DNA of 64,000 bases. It comes from Schmidtea polychroa (Eukaryota). Positions 1 through 12,859 of this stretch are shown here, piece by piece (within the stretch, counting starts at the first letter, position 1; the number at the start of each line of letters is the position of its first letter). The stretch lies in contig CM097886.1 in the NCBI GenBank assembly GCA_044892525.1, forward strand, positions 5,084,001 through 5,148,000, in the 5' to 3' direction. The notes under the pieces were generated by a model that did no database searches, had not been told where the DNA came from, and was given only the letters and a program-made list of their open reading frames with translations. The translations under genes and the position numbers were made by a program.

Positions 1-1042
1 TATATTTCGAGACAGAAATGAGTTGCAGATAAGTTTTTCATTTACTGTTTCCCGTATTTCTTTTATGTTAATATTAAAACACTGTCACTTCCGAAATAAA
101 TTTCATTCAGTCAATAAATGAAAATATTATTTAGCGCACGCTATTTGCAAAAACCCAGCCATCGCAAACCAGTTTGATTGAGACGTTTCATATAGAAATT
201 TATTAAATTTTTTTTATGGTTTTAATTTTATGTTTGTATGAATTCATTTGTGTTTCACTAATATTATCTGTTATTATCATGTTAAATTAATAATTTAATT
301 TAATTTACTTAATTATTTAATTTTAAAATGTATGTATCAATTAATTTATAATTTAATATGAATATTATATGCAAATATTTAAAATTATTTATAAGTAACT
401 ATAATTATACTATAAATCACATATATAAAAATATATAAATTTTATAGAATAAAGTGCTATTTAGTTAAGACCCTTTTTTTGTTTAAATATTATTGATAAA
501 TAATAAATCTTTGAAAACATTAAAAATCTTCTAAATGGATACTACGTCAAATATTACTCCAAAGAACCACAAAAAGTAAAATTTTCTTCAAGTTAGAAAA
601 CCACCAGAATTGTCTAAAAGGAAAGAGAACATTTATTTAAAATTCATTCTTAATAAGGCCTCATGACACATTTAATCACAATTAAATATTATCAAGTATT
701 AAGCTAATCTGTTAACTGACTGAATATTTAGATTGAAAAATTAAAAAAAAATTTTTTTTCGATGATCAAAAATGAAGCTTTTCCATTTTAATGACAACAA
801 ACTATTCACCATCTATTGCCTGTTGTCGTCGAATAAAACTTTACATAACAATATTTTGCCAGAAAGACTGCAAAAACTTGTAGCTGTATTTATCATTTTA
901 CTATGCTATATATTATTAACTATAAAAACCTTTTCATGAGCTTTAAATGATGTAGTGCATGAGCAACAAAAAGCAAATGATTTTTATTATGTTTTTATGC
1001 AAGTTATTCTAGCGCTGCATTTGATCAATGAATAAACTCTCT

Positions 1043-1393
1043 GGGGGTAGTATAGAGGTCTGTATATGTTGGTTTTCTATAAATTTCTTTTTCATATTGT
1101 TCATCTATACGTTTAATTAACAAGTCAAGAAATGCTATGGATGAATCCTTCTCAGTTTCACATTTGAATTTAATGTTCTTATGTAATCCATTCATTTAAT
1201 GCAAAAAAGGTTTCACATGTTCCTTATTTTTAAATATCAGAAAAATATCATCAACATACCTTTTATACACAATTGGTTTTTCATCTTGAAAAGAAGCAAT
1301 TTTCTTTTCTAAACATGCCAAAAATATTGACGCCATTGTTGGTGCTAAGGGCGAACCCATAGCCACTCCATCAATTTGTTCATACCATTCATT
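1043..1393 (-). pseudogene. Penelope-like element (PLE) reverse transcriptase fragment
   Basis: The minus strand translates in one frame as YEQIDGVAMGSPLAPTMASIF...YKRYVDDIFLIF...LH*MNGLHKNIKFKCETE...IAFLDLLIKR...IYRKPTYTDLY. These are PLE-type RT motifs (GVAMGSPLAP, YVDD, FLD..., YRKPT), with one in-frame TAA at 1196-1198. Confidence 0.9.
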
Positions 1394-1658
1394 ATTAAAA
1401 AGAAAATTAACTTTAAGTTTTTGTTTTTTTGATGTATATTGAATAATAGTTATGTTAAATAATTAAAAAAAAATAATTAAAATTGATATTTTTAAAGAAT
1501 TTTAAAAGTTTAAAATAATTGTTTGTTGAAAATTATTTTTAAAAACAATTATTTGAAATTTTTATTTATAGTTTTGAAAATTTGAAAATTTATAGATTTT
1601 ATAATTTGTTTATAAATTATCAATATTGTATAATTATTTATCCGTCGTGAATGTATGT

Positions 1659-1697
1659 AACCTGATGATGATAGTGATTCTATCGAAATATATAGTG
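1659..1697 (+). ncRNA. Minimal type I hammerhead ribozyme, family H (extra U after A9)
   Basis: aac-CTGATGA-t-GATAG-tgatt-CTATC-GAAA-tatata-gtg. The core is intact, stem II has 5 bp and stem III is the palindrome ATATAT. Predicted cleavage is after 1694; stem I is weak. Confidence 0.7.
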
Positions 1698-3393
1698 AAA
1701 AAGATGTACGAATGGAAATTTTTAAAAATTTAAAGTATTTTCTTCGTTGATTTTCAATTCATAATTTTTATAAATATTCTGTTTGAGACTTTCACATTTT
1801 AAAATTACATTCTACTTATAGTTTAAAAAATTATAAATTTTCACATATAAAATGTCTGAGATAACATTATGTTATTGAATAAATCGTGAACTTCTCCTAT
1901 ATAGTATGTGTCTAATCAGGATTTGCTTTTTTGGGCATAGAAATTTATTTGTGTATGTGCGTTGGCCTAATTACTATATAATTTACACCTAATTCCAATG
2001 AATAAAAGAGTCTATAATACACGCTGGTGTGCACTCCAATTGTAGGTGCTCTCCATTTTTGAGAAAATGAAGTTTGTAAGTTGATTTATTTAATTTTAGA
2101 AATGGCTTTCAAGTAAGCTTTTTAATTTTAAGGCTTGAATGTTGATTTTATATAATTATGAAATCATTATTGATGTTCTTAAATATTACGTTTAGTCACT
2201 ATTTGTATTATAATTTATTTTTAATTACTTTTCAGGTTTTTTAGGAATTTTATGAAATTTATTTTAGAATTATTTTGGAATTATTTCGATATAATGTAAG
2301 TCAGATCAATTCTGAATTATTTAATAAAGAAAATAATCACCAAACACATTAATTTTTTTAATACATTCAAATTTTATTAATCTTCGCCATTTTTGAAGAC
2401 ATCAATTAATCGAATTTTTTCATGTTCTGATTCTATTAAAATATTATTTTTGTTAAATTAAGTTAATAAAATTCACAATTTCCCCCTCGAAATCAAGAGG
2501 TAGAAGGACCTGGTTGAATATTTGAAATTTAGCCTTCACAAAAATAAGAGTTTTAAAAGAAATATCTGAAAAACTGTAAAAAATTTAAATTATTTGTAAT
2601 TTCATGAATTAATCTTACATCAGCTCTTCATCTTCATAAAAAGGCAACGTTTCCCATTTAAATTGTAAACAATTTAATTTGCTTTGAATATCCAATTATC
2701 ACTTATAACTAACTATTACAAAGAAAATATTTCCTAAACTAGACAATGAGATATTTGTTTTCATTATAAGTATACTGATGATAATATCTGAAATTCTAAA
2801 GAAATACTAAATTTATAAATAATCTTATAAATCTTACGAAGATTTTTCGTCTTTTCTCTACAAAAACTTTCTCAAAAACTTTTCCACGATGTTTTTTTGA
2901 TAAATTGGAAATAATAGTATGTTAATCACATTTATTCATTAAAATGAAAAAGCCTCTCAAAAATTTACATGTATTTTTTATTGTGTGTTGTGTTTGTATG
3001 TAAAATTATTTTTCTACCACTTTCAATTTTTATATCATAACTTATTCATTAAAATATTACATTTTTACACACAGATAAGTTAGTGTGTTCCTATACTATA
3101 ACTTTATAGATATTTTTAGATTATAGAAACTTCTATTTATTGAAATTAGGTGAAATGCTCGACGTGTCTGTGTTTGGTATTTTTGCTGCGCTTAGGTTGG
3201 ATTAATTTAATGATTTATTATAATTTTATTTATTAAATCTTTGAGATCTAATGCTTTGTTTTAAATTTGTAAAGTTTTTTCTCAAGTTTATTTTAAATAA
3301 ATTTATTAAAATGAAGGTAAAATGATCAAATTATTTTGATCCATAAAATTTAATTATATAAAATCAATGAATTACTAGCACTGATTATCAATA

Positions 3394-3687
3394 TTTTTGG
3401 AATATATGTCGAAGTTGAATTTCAACGATGAACTACGTGTTATAAAAAATTCTGGAATCATTTGCATTATTGGATCCCCAAATAAATCTGCTACAGTTCT
3501 TCACAGAACGATTTCTGTTTGAATTAATGCTGCTTGTTTGAATTTTAGTCATGGAACTTATTAATATCATGAAGAAACAATTAATTTATTGAGAGCAGCA
3601 GTTGATATATTTGGACCGTATTTCAGAACAATTGCTATATCCCTGGACACAAAAGACCCAGAAATTAAACCTAGTCTTATATATGGT
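3394..3687 (+). pseudogene. PK: Pyruvate kinase N-terminal fragment, decayed
   Basis: FLEYMSKLNF...SGIICIIGS...INAACLNFSHGTY*YHEETI...IAISLDTKDPEIKPSLIYG matches the PK motifs IICTIGP, NFSHG and LDTKGPEIR. Stops at 3520 (TGA) and 3562 (TAA); no frameshift or intron over 98 codons. Confidence 0.88.
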
Positions 3688-5913
3688 AATACATATACTG
3701 AATGGTGAAATAATAGTCAATTGTGAGTAGATTATAATAACAAAATTAACACAAAATATATTTAATGTTTTCAAGGTGATCTTAAAGCTCCTAAGATTTT
3801 ATTCCAAAGGCAATCTTTTGAGCAAATCTTAAGCTTATTCAATGTATTTTCACGAGTAAATTGGTCTAATTTTTGTTTTAAAAAACTAGTTTATTCTCTG
3901 CTTAGACTAAGCAAAACTTAGATTGTAATGAATAAAATATAAACTATAAATTTATTTAATCATAGATTTCGTCGCTAATGTTCAGCAATACTTGATCACT
4001 TTCTTTTTAAAATATTAAAAAAACATTGTTGGTCACATATTAATAATATTAATTGTAGGAACATGAAACTAATTTGCATAAAGTTTTTATTAAAAATGAC
4101 TTTGAAAATGATCATAGAAATATCTGCTCCAGCAGTCATTAACTTATTTTGGCAATCAAAGACGTATGGGTTAGTCCAGCTGATACGGAAAATTTCTTTG
4201 GTGTCAGCTTGGAAGACAGTTTCTCAAATGATTGGCATTTGTTATTTATAGATTTTGACAAGGGTTAGTGATTGAAATGGCAAAAGATGCATGAATTGTT
4301 AATAATGTTTTTCTTTTTTAACAAAAATGTTTTTTCGAATATTTAAACAATCATTTTAATTTAATTAATTTAATAATATATTTTAGGTTTAAATATTAAG
4401 TTGGTAAATACGAATATTTGTTTAATTTGTTATGGTATATTTAAATATAATAAGAGTAGGGGAACAATGTTAAACCATTAATTAAAGTAAGTGGGGCTTT
4501 GCATCATCTTAGAATCATCTTGGATTCTATTTACATTGAAGTAGGAACAAAGATTCTCATGGTGATCTGTACATAATTTATTCTTATAAATATAAATAGG
4601 TAAATAAAAATGTCTTTGAATTTTCCTTAAAAATAGACGCTAACTTTCTGAACAAACCCATACTTTGAAATGTCACGAGTGCAATAAAACCATTCTAATT
4701 AAAAATATTGTACAATCTGTAATTGATACAAAACCTTATCTCTATGTAACATCGAAAATTAGAAAAGAAATTTGGGCAAAAGAAACATTTGAAATTGCAC
4801 GTCTTTTCATTAATAGGCCAAAGACTTTGTTGCTTCTTTTGAATGCCCGTTTTCTTTTCTTTGTTGTAAATTTTTGTTTTCTCCTCTATTACACAGCTGT
4901 CTTGTATTGTTGACGCCTCCCAGTTTTCTAATGATAAATAAATTATAAATTGCATTGACAAGTCTATGATGCTTTTTTAAAGTAAATTGATTTTAGTAAA
5001 ACAAATTAAAATGAATCAATTTTTAACATTTTATTTGCTCCTTACAAATATTATATCATCACAAAATGTATTACATATACTATTTTTAAAATTTGGTTTT
5101 AAAAATGAAAAATAGTTAGCAGATTAAAAAAAAACGCAAATTTTCTTTCTTTCTCTCACCAAGAAATCTAGAAAGCTAGGAACTCTTTTTTGTTTAAATT
5201 CTAAAATAATTACAAACAAAAAGCAAGATAAATAACATAAATAAATTAACACATTACAATGTATTTTCAGTTGAAAAATTAGTAATAATAATTTTTGTTT
5301 GAATGAAGTTGATAAGAATCTCAATGGTAACCAGATGAGTAAAAAAAATAGATTGAATGTTGAACGCTCCATAGGAATTTTTTTGCTCGATCTACATTGA
5401 ACTGACATATCTTTTCACAATATTCATATTAATATTTACCCTGGAGAAATAAATTAATCATTGTAATAAACAATTAAATTGAATTACAAAAAATAATATT
5501 TGAAATAATTTTTCTCATTTTACAAAACATGAAATATTTCTTTTTGTGGAAATTAGACGGTATTATTATAATATCCTTCAAATTAGCTTTTTTTGAGGTT
5601 ATGACCAGTTTGCGTCGTCTCGTTCCCATTTGTTGTAATATTATCGAAATTCATTTGTTATCTATCCATTATTTTGATGAATTGTCGTTTGTAAACTTAT
5701 TAAATTTAGATATGAAATTGTATTCAAAAAAGGTTTGTTTAAATTAGTTTTTAATATGTAATTATCGTAATTCAAATAANNNNNNNNNNNNNNNNNNNNN
5801 NNNNNNNNNNNNNNNNNNNNNNNNNNNNNNNNNNNNNNNNNNNNNNNNNNNNNNNNNNNNNNNNNNNNNNNNNNNNNNNNNNNNNNNNNNNNNNNNNNNN
5901 NNNNNNNNNNNNN

Positions 5914-6492
5914 ATGTCATTTACCTCTAACTGGCAGCTTGTTTGGTGGTTTTTGCATCGCGTCTGTGTGCGCGGTATGGTTAAACCAACACCAGTTAGT
6001 GTGCGCACACAGACACGAGAAGTAGGTTGTTTTTTTGATATGATAGGTCAGTTTTGATTTGAATTCTAGAAAATGTAATTGATTTGTTCTCGGGAAGCAA
6101 TATTTTGTTTAAAAGAGATTTTTTATGTGGAAATTTTGAATTCTCGCTGTTGTTAAATTTGGAAGATAATGAATGTTTGAAATGTCGTATTTCAATGAGC
6201 AATATATCGAAGAGATGTCTTTTCAGCAGGGAAACTTGTTCATGTGATCGTGACTCATCAAGATCGCTGCAAATTATTAATGGAAAATTTCTAATTGACA
6301 TTAATTCAATTTCTCAAATGTTTATTCGCCAAAGTGTTGAACAATGTTTCCAATTCAATCATGGGTTAATCTCAAGTTATTGGACACGTTAAATGGTTTA
6401 ATAAACAATGGTCTTGTAAAAATAGAGCGTGTGATACGACCAATTACAAAAAAATTCTTTTGATTTGTTTTAGACGAAAAAAAACACACACA

Positions 6493-6501
<9 letters not shown>
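5914..6501 (+). mobile_element. Double-hairpin/ORF cassette, copy 1 (5' part lost in gap)
   Basis: cctctaactgg at 5924-5934, then the stem tcgcgtctgtgtgcgc (5958-5973) / gcgcacacagacacga (6003-6018), homologous to 14385-14503. It ends at a (CA)n(TA)n tract. Confidence 0.6.

Positions 6502-6557
<56 letters not shown>
6502..6557. repeat. (TA)n microsatellite
   Basis: Read directly from the sequence. Confidence 0.98.
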
Positions 6558-6560
<3 letters not shown>

Positions 6561-6693
6561 TTTTTCATTTCAACTCATATTTCTTTTTAAAATGATAAAA
6601 TACAAGAGTACATTATCTATTCGATAATACCAAATTTCGATTTAACAGTTGAAAATGTCTGAAGTTAAAAAAGCAAAATCCGAATCAAATTAA

Positions 6694-6925
6694 CCGTTTG
6701 CGGACGGAATTAATTTTAATAAGTAGTGTTATTTAAGCATAAAATGTTTTAGTATACGAATGCTCGATATCGTGGTATGATTTTTTTAAAGTTTGACCAG
6801 CACAGCTGGCCATTATATATTGTAGAACGTCTGGAACAAAATTCGTGGCCAGCAGTGCTGGTCTACCATTCGCTATCGTATAAGCCATTTAAGGCCAGCA
6901 CTCCTGGCCTACCGTCTGCAAACGG
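6694..6925. mobile_element. piggyBac-like MITE (232 bp)
   Basis: TTAA on both flanks (6690-6693, 6926-6929). TIRs CCGTTTGCGGACGG / CCGTCTGCAAACGG, with three internal GGCCAGCA...CTGG palindromic motifs. Confidence 0.85.
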
Positions 6926-6930
6926 TTAAA

Positions 6931-7356
6931 TCCGATGGAAATGTGATTTCATCAATAAATCCAAAATGGATTAGTCAACATGCCCTCAATGTCTTCAGAA
7001 TGTTACCAGGTAATGTTTCAATTGTTGGCTGTTATGCTATTGCTGACAACCATTCATTCAACAATTTTTCAAATGAAATTTGATCGATATTGAATGCGAT
7101 TTATTTAAAAGAAAAGAAATTAAATTATGATTTATTTGATTGCGATGACTATAAAAAAGATCAAGAGTGTACTTATGAACCTCTGAGCTCTGATTTTTTG
7201 AAAGGAACAAATGCAACTATTCAACAACGAAATAGCATTATCAACAATCACTCTTCGCTTGCTCATTCATTATCAGTAGAACGATATCCAGTACCATTAG
7301 CTAAAAACCTCCAAAACATTGATATGTCAAAGATTCAATTCTACAATAAAAAATAA
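6931..7356 (+). pseudogene. ODR-4-like protein fragment
   Basis: SINPKWISQHALNVFRMLPGNVSIVGCY resembles the ODR-4 motif W..EHA.QV.RMLPGG..V.G.F (from memory). One TGA at 7081, then in frame with track ORF 7090-7356. Confidence 0.55.
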
Positions 7357-7499
7357 GAGGAATTATTGTAAAATTGAAATTACAAGCATTTTTTATGAAA
7401 AACAATAAAAACTTAAGAAATATTTTGAAAATAGAAAGAAATTGTTGTAGAACAAAAGATTGAAACACTTCCTCGAAAGAAGTCCATTAAATCCATTAA

Positions 7500-7905
7500 A
7501 TCCAGAAGGTGTATTCAAAACCGGCTTTACTCCGAAAATCATCAACTCTTACAACTAGTATGTACTTGTTAGTAATGTAATGAAGTTGCAACCGAAGCCT
7601 AGAAATCTCTTGCATGACATTGAACTAGTTCAGAGGTCAACGAACTGTGGGTATAATAACCAAAAAAAGTTTCGTGCTGATTTTACACCCACCTTATAGC
7701 CTTTATTTGGCTCACAGTGATTTTTGTTTAATCATTTAAAGAAAATCGTGCGAGGGCAGAGAAATTAGTCCAAAGAAGATCTCGTGAGACTAGCGCAAGA
7801 TTTCCTCAATGAAAAGTAGGTCACTTTCTTCGAAAATGGTCTTTTTTCAAAAATAAATTGCGGGTGAAGTGCCTGGAAGCAAAGGGTGGTTACACAGAAA
7901 AATAG
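7500..7905 (+). pseudogene. Mariner (DD34D-type) transposase relic
   Basis: LLHD at 7607, HPPYSLYLAHSDFCL at 7686 (compare HPPYSPDLAPSDF), and the C-terminus KCLEAKGGYTEK* at 7867-7905. Multiple frameshifts. Confidence 0.75.
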
Positions 7906-8244
7906 TTTACTTGTTGTAAACATAAAGTCTCATTGCAATATCATTTATATTTTCTTTTTTTTCGCAGTTTGCTTTTTGCTAGTAACTTTCTGATTGGAGC
8001 ATGCACAATTTAAATAAGTAGGGGACACTGTTTTAAATATGTTGTTCAAGATTAGGATTTGATCCTCTCTTATTAAAGAGTCTGGCGAATATTAATTATT
8101 TATTTTAAAAATGTAAATAAATTATATTTATAAAATAAAAAGTATTCTCGTATAATTGTCAAACCTTTGTCTTGTCAAGATTTTGCATGTTAGATGTTTC
8201 TTCCAAGTTCTTACATTTTATTCTTTTAACTATATTGAAATATT

Positions 8245-8422
8245 AAAGTGGTAATTTAAGCCTTCTGCTGCGAATAATGACTTAATGAAAAAATGTCGAC
8301 TATAAGGATTATCTTATAGTCGAAAATATTTTCAATCAAATACATTATTCACAGCAAAAAACTTAAATTATCACTTTATTGTTATAAATAAAAAATGCTG
8401 CTACCAAGAAATCATCACTTTA
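8245..8422. repeat. Palindrome-plus-tail element, family A, copy A1
   Basis: Inverted arms centred near 8310, then the tail atgctgctaccaagaaatcatcacttta. Confidence 0.8.
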
Positions 8423-10059
8423 TATATTGAAATATATTCAAAAAATAGCCTAATTTGACACATTATAATGTCTCTTTAGTCTGTCTGAAACTGATGTCCT
8501 AAATCCTATCAAATCACCTGTTTTGATTTGACATTTTGAATTTTGTTAGAGTTTTTACATATTCATGACGAATGATTAGAATTTCTCCAAGTTTTCACCA
8601 AAGATCTATCAATTGAGCTTTAGACATCCATGAAGTTTCAACAAAAGTTATTCTATATCTACTTTTGGAATATCTTTTCCACAAAAAGTCCGTTAATACC
8701 GAAAGCAGAACAGTCAAAACTTCGCGTAGTTCAAGTAACTTGGTAATAAATTTGTTTAATTTTTTTATTACTTCGAATCCATAGAAAGTTTGCGGTTGCC
8801 ATTTCTAATAAAATTTACGCATTTCAGAAAAGGTTCACTGTTCACTTATTGAAGGTTAAAACTAATTTTATTGTTTTAATTACACCTCATTATAATTAAT
8901 AGCCAATAAATCGAAAATCTTTTTTTTCCCCAAAGTTTTTAAACAAATTTTTATTTTTGCCATAATTGAAAATATGTTGATTAAAATATACTACTTATGA
9001 ATTTGCTCTCATTTTTGTTGTTGAACATTGAAGAGATCTTGAAACGGTTTTACAATTTATGAAAACCTTTTTTTAGAATTCCCCCATCTCTTGTCTAATC
9101 CTTTTCACCTATTTCAACTTGCCTATTTTATTGCTATTTCTTTCTATTTTCTTTAATTGGAAGGTTGGCAATTTTTAACCTTAACAGTGGCAATATTATT
9201 TATGGCAATTAGAAAATTTAATATAATATCAAATTCTTTTCGGCATTTCAAAGCAAAATCTCAAATAAATAATATAAAATCGGGAATTTCTGCACAAATA
9301 TTATTTTCGTATATAATTCTACAATATTTATGGATTTCATTCTCATTTCTTTTTTCATAAATAATTCTAAATTTTTTTCTCTGAAAATATAAATTAATAT
9401 TAAGTTAATAAACTAAATTCAAAATTTTCAAAAATTCATTAATTTGCTTGTATTTATCCACGTGTAATTTATTTGAACATGAAAATTTCCAGACTTGCAA
9501 AACGTAAAACGAAGCAAAAACATTTGGCAAATATGTAAAATCCGAGTAATATTGTAGAAAACTTTGCTCTTTTAAAACTATATAAAATATAATAACNNNN
9601 NNNNNNNNNNNNNNNNNNNNNNNNNNNNNNNNNNNNNNNNNNNNNNNNNNNNNNNNNNNNNNNNNNNNNNNNNNNNNNNNNNNNNNNNNNNNNNNNNNNN
9701 NNNNNNNNNNNNNNNNNNNNNNNNNNNNNNNNNNNNNNNNNNNNNNNNNNNNNNNNNNNNNNNNNNNNNNNNNNNNNNNNNNNNNNNNNNNNNNNNNNNN
9801 NNNNNNNNNNNNNNNNNNNNNNNNNNNNNNNNNNNNNNNNNNNNNNNNNNNNNNNNNNNNNNNNNNNNNNNNNNNNNNNNNNNNNNNNNNNNNNNNNNNN
9901 NNNNNNNNNNNNNNNNNNNNNNNNNNNNNNNNNNNNNNNNNNNNAACATAAATTTAATGTTAAACAAGTAAATGATAAGATAATGATTTAAAAATAATGA
10001 TAAAATAATGATTTAAAAGAAAAATATTTGATTATTAAATAATCATTTTCAATTTCTCG

Positions 10060-12092
10060 AAATTTTGTATTTTTTGTTGCATAAAAGATAAAGAAATCAG
10101 AAAAAAAATCGAAATGAAAGATCTTAAAACGTTGGAACAGATTAAAGAAACTATAAAGAAGATTGAAAAAGTTAACAAGGTTATTAAACAAGTAAACACT
10201 GTGAGACCAATACGACCTACAACTTGGGAAAGAACTTATAGAAATGTGGTAGAAGTTGAAGCGACGAAAAATCAGCAAATGGAAACCAGATACAAGGATA
10301 AAGTTATAAAATGCTGGACGTGTCGAAAACCCGGATACAGTAACAGAGAATGTAATATGAAAAGTTCACATACGAAGAGAATGCCCAACAATCAAATATC
10401 ATAGATGCAATGCACGAGGACACAAATAAAAAAAGTGCTACACAAATATGGAAAGACGAAATCAAGGAAGAGATCGAGACAAAGGAAGAAGTCAGGAGGA
10501 AGAATTCAAAGAAATACTTATCAAAATCAAAGACAATGGGGAAATCAACAATATAACAGAAGAGATATTGCAGCTATCGAGTCTGATGATGAGATGATAA
10601 ATACAAAACATTCAAGCCAGCCAGACGAGTATAACAGGGAGGATGACCCAAACGAGCACGCTCCGCCAAACGGGACATTGATCGAAGCAATCTACTAAGT
10701 AATTTTGATTTCAAGCAAATGATAACCGTATGTGTATTTTATGTATGTATAATGATTGTATGATTGATGAAGACTGTAGTGTTTTTGAATGTGATATAAA
10801 TAATAGTGGTAAAATAAATAAACCAAATATATATAATAATAATATTATTAATAATAATGGTAGTGTAGAAATCAAAATGTCGAATGACAAGGAAATTCAG
10901 AAAAAATTAAAAGAGGAGTGTAAAGTAGATGAATTAGTAAAACATGATGGAAGGATTACAGAGTATTAATGAAACTGTAGAAGATACTAGAGAGCAGAAT
11001 ATTTTGCCAGTAGAAGAACAAAAAAGACCAGTAATAACATGTAATAAATGCAAGGTAGACCGAGTACAACACTGGATATCCAAGGGCGGAAAGTAAATTG
11101 CTTATTGGATACAGGAGCGCGAATTAATGTGATGGCTAAATCTGTAATTGATCGATTAGAAAATATCGAGATAATATAAACAAGTGAATCGCTAAGATGT
11201 GCAAACAACAGTAGATTAGAAACTATGGGTAAAATAAACACCAATGTTAAAATGGGCGATAGTGAAAGAAATGTAACATTCATTATAGTAAGGAATATCA
11301 TACCAGAAATTATCGGAGGAGTAGAACTCCAAAGGTTATTTGGTATAGAATTAAAATGTATACGACAATAAAATGGAAAACGTAGTGATTTCATTTGCGA
11401 AATAGAAGCTAGATTTGGGCGGATTATAACAGATAAAGAAAGATTACCTCATGCCATCGACGTTTTAAAGGTTACTGCAAATAAGAGACTGTTAGAAATA
11501 TTTCAGTCGAACAAGAACGTTTTTATGGCAGATAAATGGGATATTGAGTGTACCAATCTCATTAAACATAAGATCATCACGAAAGAAGAGCCAATAATGA
11601 TTAAACTAAGACGTCAACCAATAAATTTGGAAGACAAGATTGAGGAAGCAATAAAAAATCTAGAAAACAACGGAATAATTAGGAAGTGTAATTCACCGTG
11701 GAACACATCTTTAGTTTATGTATGGAAGAAAGAGAAAAGAGACATCAGGCTTTGTCTAGACTTCAGACAATTAAAAAAGATAACAGAAAGACAAGCATTT
11801 CCAATGCCAAATGTAGATGAAATTTTAAACATCCTACACGGATCCAGATATTTTACCTCGATCGACTTGAGAAATGCTTATTACCAAGTGAAGTTAGATA
11901 AGGAATCTCAAGAGAAAACAGCATTCTCAACAAAAGAAGGACAGTTCTGTTTTAACAGGATGCCGTTCGGTATTGCAGCGGCACCAGGAACATTTCAAGA
12001 ATTAATGACGAAAGTTTTGAAAGATTTGTGAAAAGATGGAGTGATGGTATATTTAGACGACATACTAATATTCACAAAGACAGAAGAAGAAC
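10060..12092 (+). mobile_element. Decayed Ty3/Gypsy retrotransposon E1 (gag end, protease, RT up to YLDD)
   Basis: CCHC remnants (CWTCRKPGYSNREC; CPTIKYHRCNARGHK), gag stop at 10696-10698, CLLDTGARINV at about 11100, RT ORF 11525-12031 (CLDFRQL, TAFST, RMPFG) and YLDD at about 12050. Truncated at 12092; no LTR seen. Confidence 0.92.
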
Positions 12093-12250
12093 GTATTTTC
12101 GGCACTGCCTTTTTTATCACGTTACTTCAAATTCAAAAAAAAAGCCAGTGCCGAAAATTCGAGAGTATCAACAAACATCGATATATTATTGATTTATAAT
12201 CTTCAAGCTCTCTTTTTAATAAATTCAATAAAAATCAAAAGTTTACAATC
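12093..12250. repeat. Palindrome-plus-tail element, family B, copy B1 (left arm truncated)
   Basis: ttttcggcactgcc...gccagtgccgaaaattcgagagtatcaacaaacatcgatat, homologous to 20864-21055. Confidence 0.8.
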
Positions 12251-12859
12251 AAAACCATTTTGAATTCCATATTAAAATTCCTATAACTAAGTCATAATTT
12301 AAACAACTAACGATGTACAAAATCTGTGTTTCCTTTTGCTATTGAAACAGAGGAGAGGGGAATTAGTGCCCAACGATAAGTGCTTCCTGTTAGAGATCAT
12401 GAGGCATCCTGTTTTTAAGAAAATTCTACTTTATGACATAAATGTGTGTAGAATTAATACATGAATAATTTTTAGAGTATATAAATATTTATGGACAGTA
12501 TCAAATTAAAACAATTTATATTTTTTATATTTTTTCAAAACAATCGAAAAAAATAAACTTTATAGATGCATTAAGAAAACATGTAATTATACAAAGAAAA
12601 AATGCAATAATATTTTTATTCAATACTTTATAAATCTTAACTATAAAACTCTTAATATATGTATGTTTATTTGTTATCCTTTCCTCTTATATGAACTAGA
12701 CTAGATGGCAACGCATGCTTTTCTTTCCTAATTTGATGTTCACAATTTTCTTTTCACTTTAGATATTTTGAAATGAACTTTTCAACAAAATTTTGAAGTC
12801 CAGCAGAAGCAGCAAACTGCTTTCTCCAAGCAGTCTTCAACTGAACCTAATTTGGTGCT

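Noticed and set aside
2773-2800. CTGATGA...GAAA motif
   Set aside because: The intervening TAATATCT cannot form stem II, and there is no stem I.
4600-5450. Possible MULE/SWIM-type transposase relic on the minus strand
   Set aside because: Only vague resemblance (PMER.., Cys spacing); no catalytic motif could be reconstructed.
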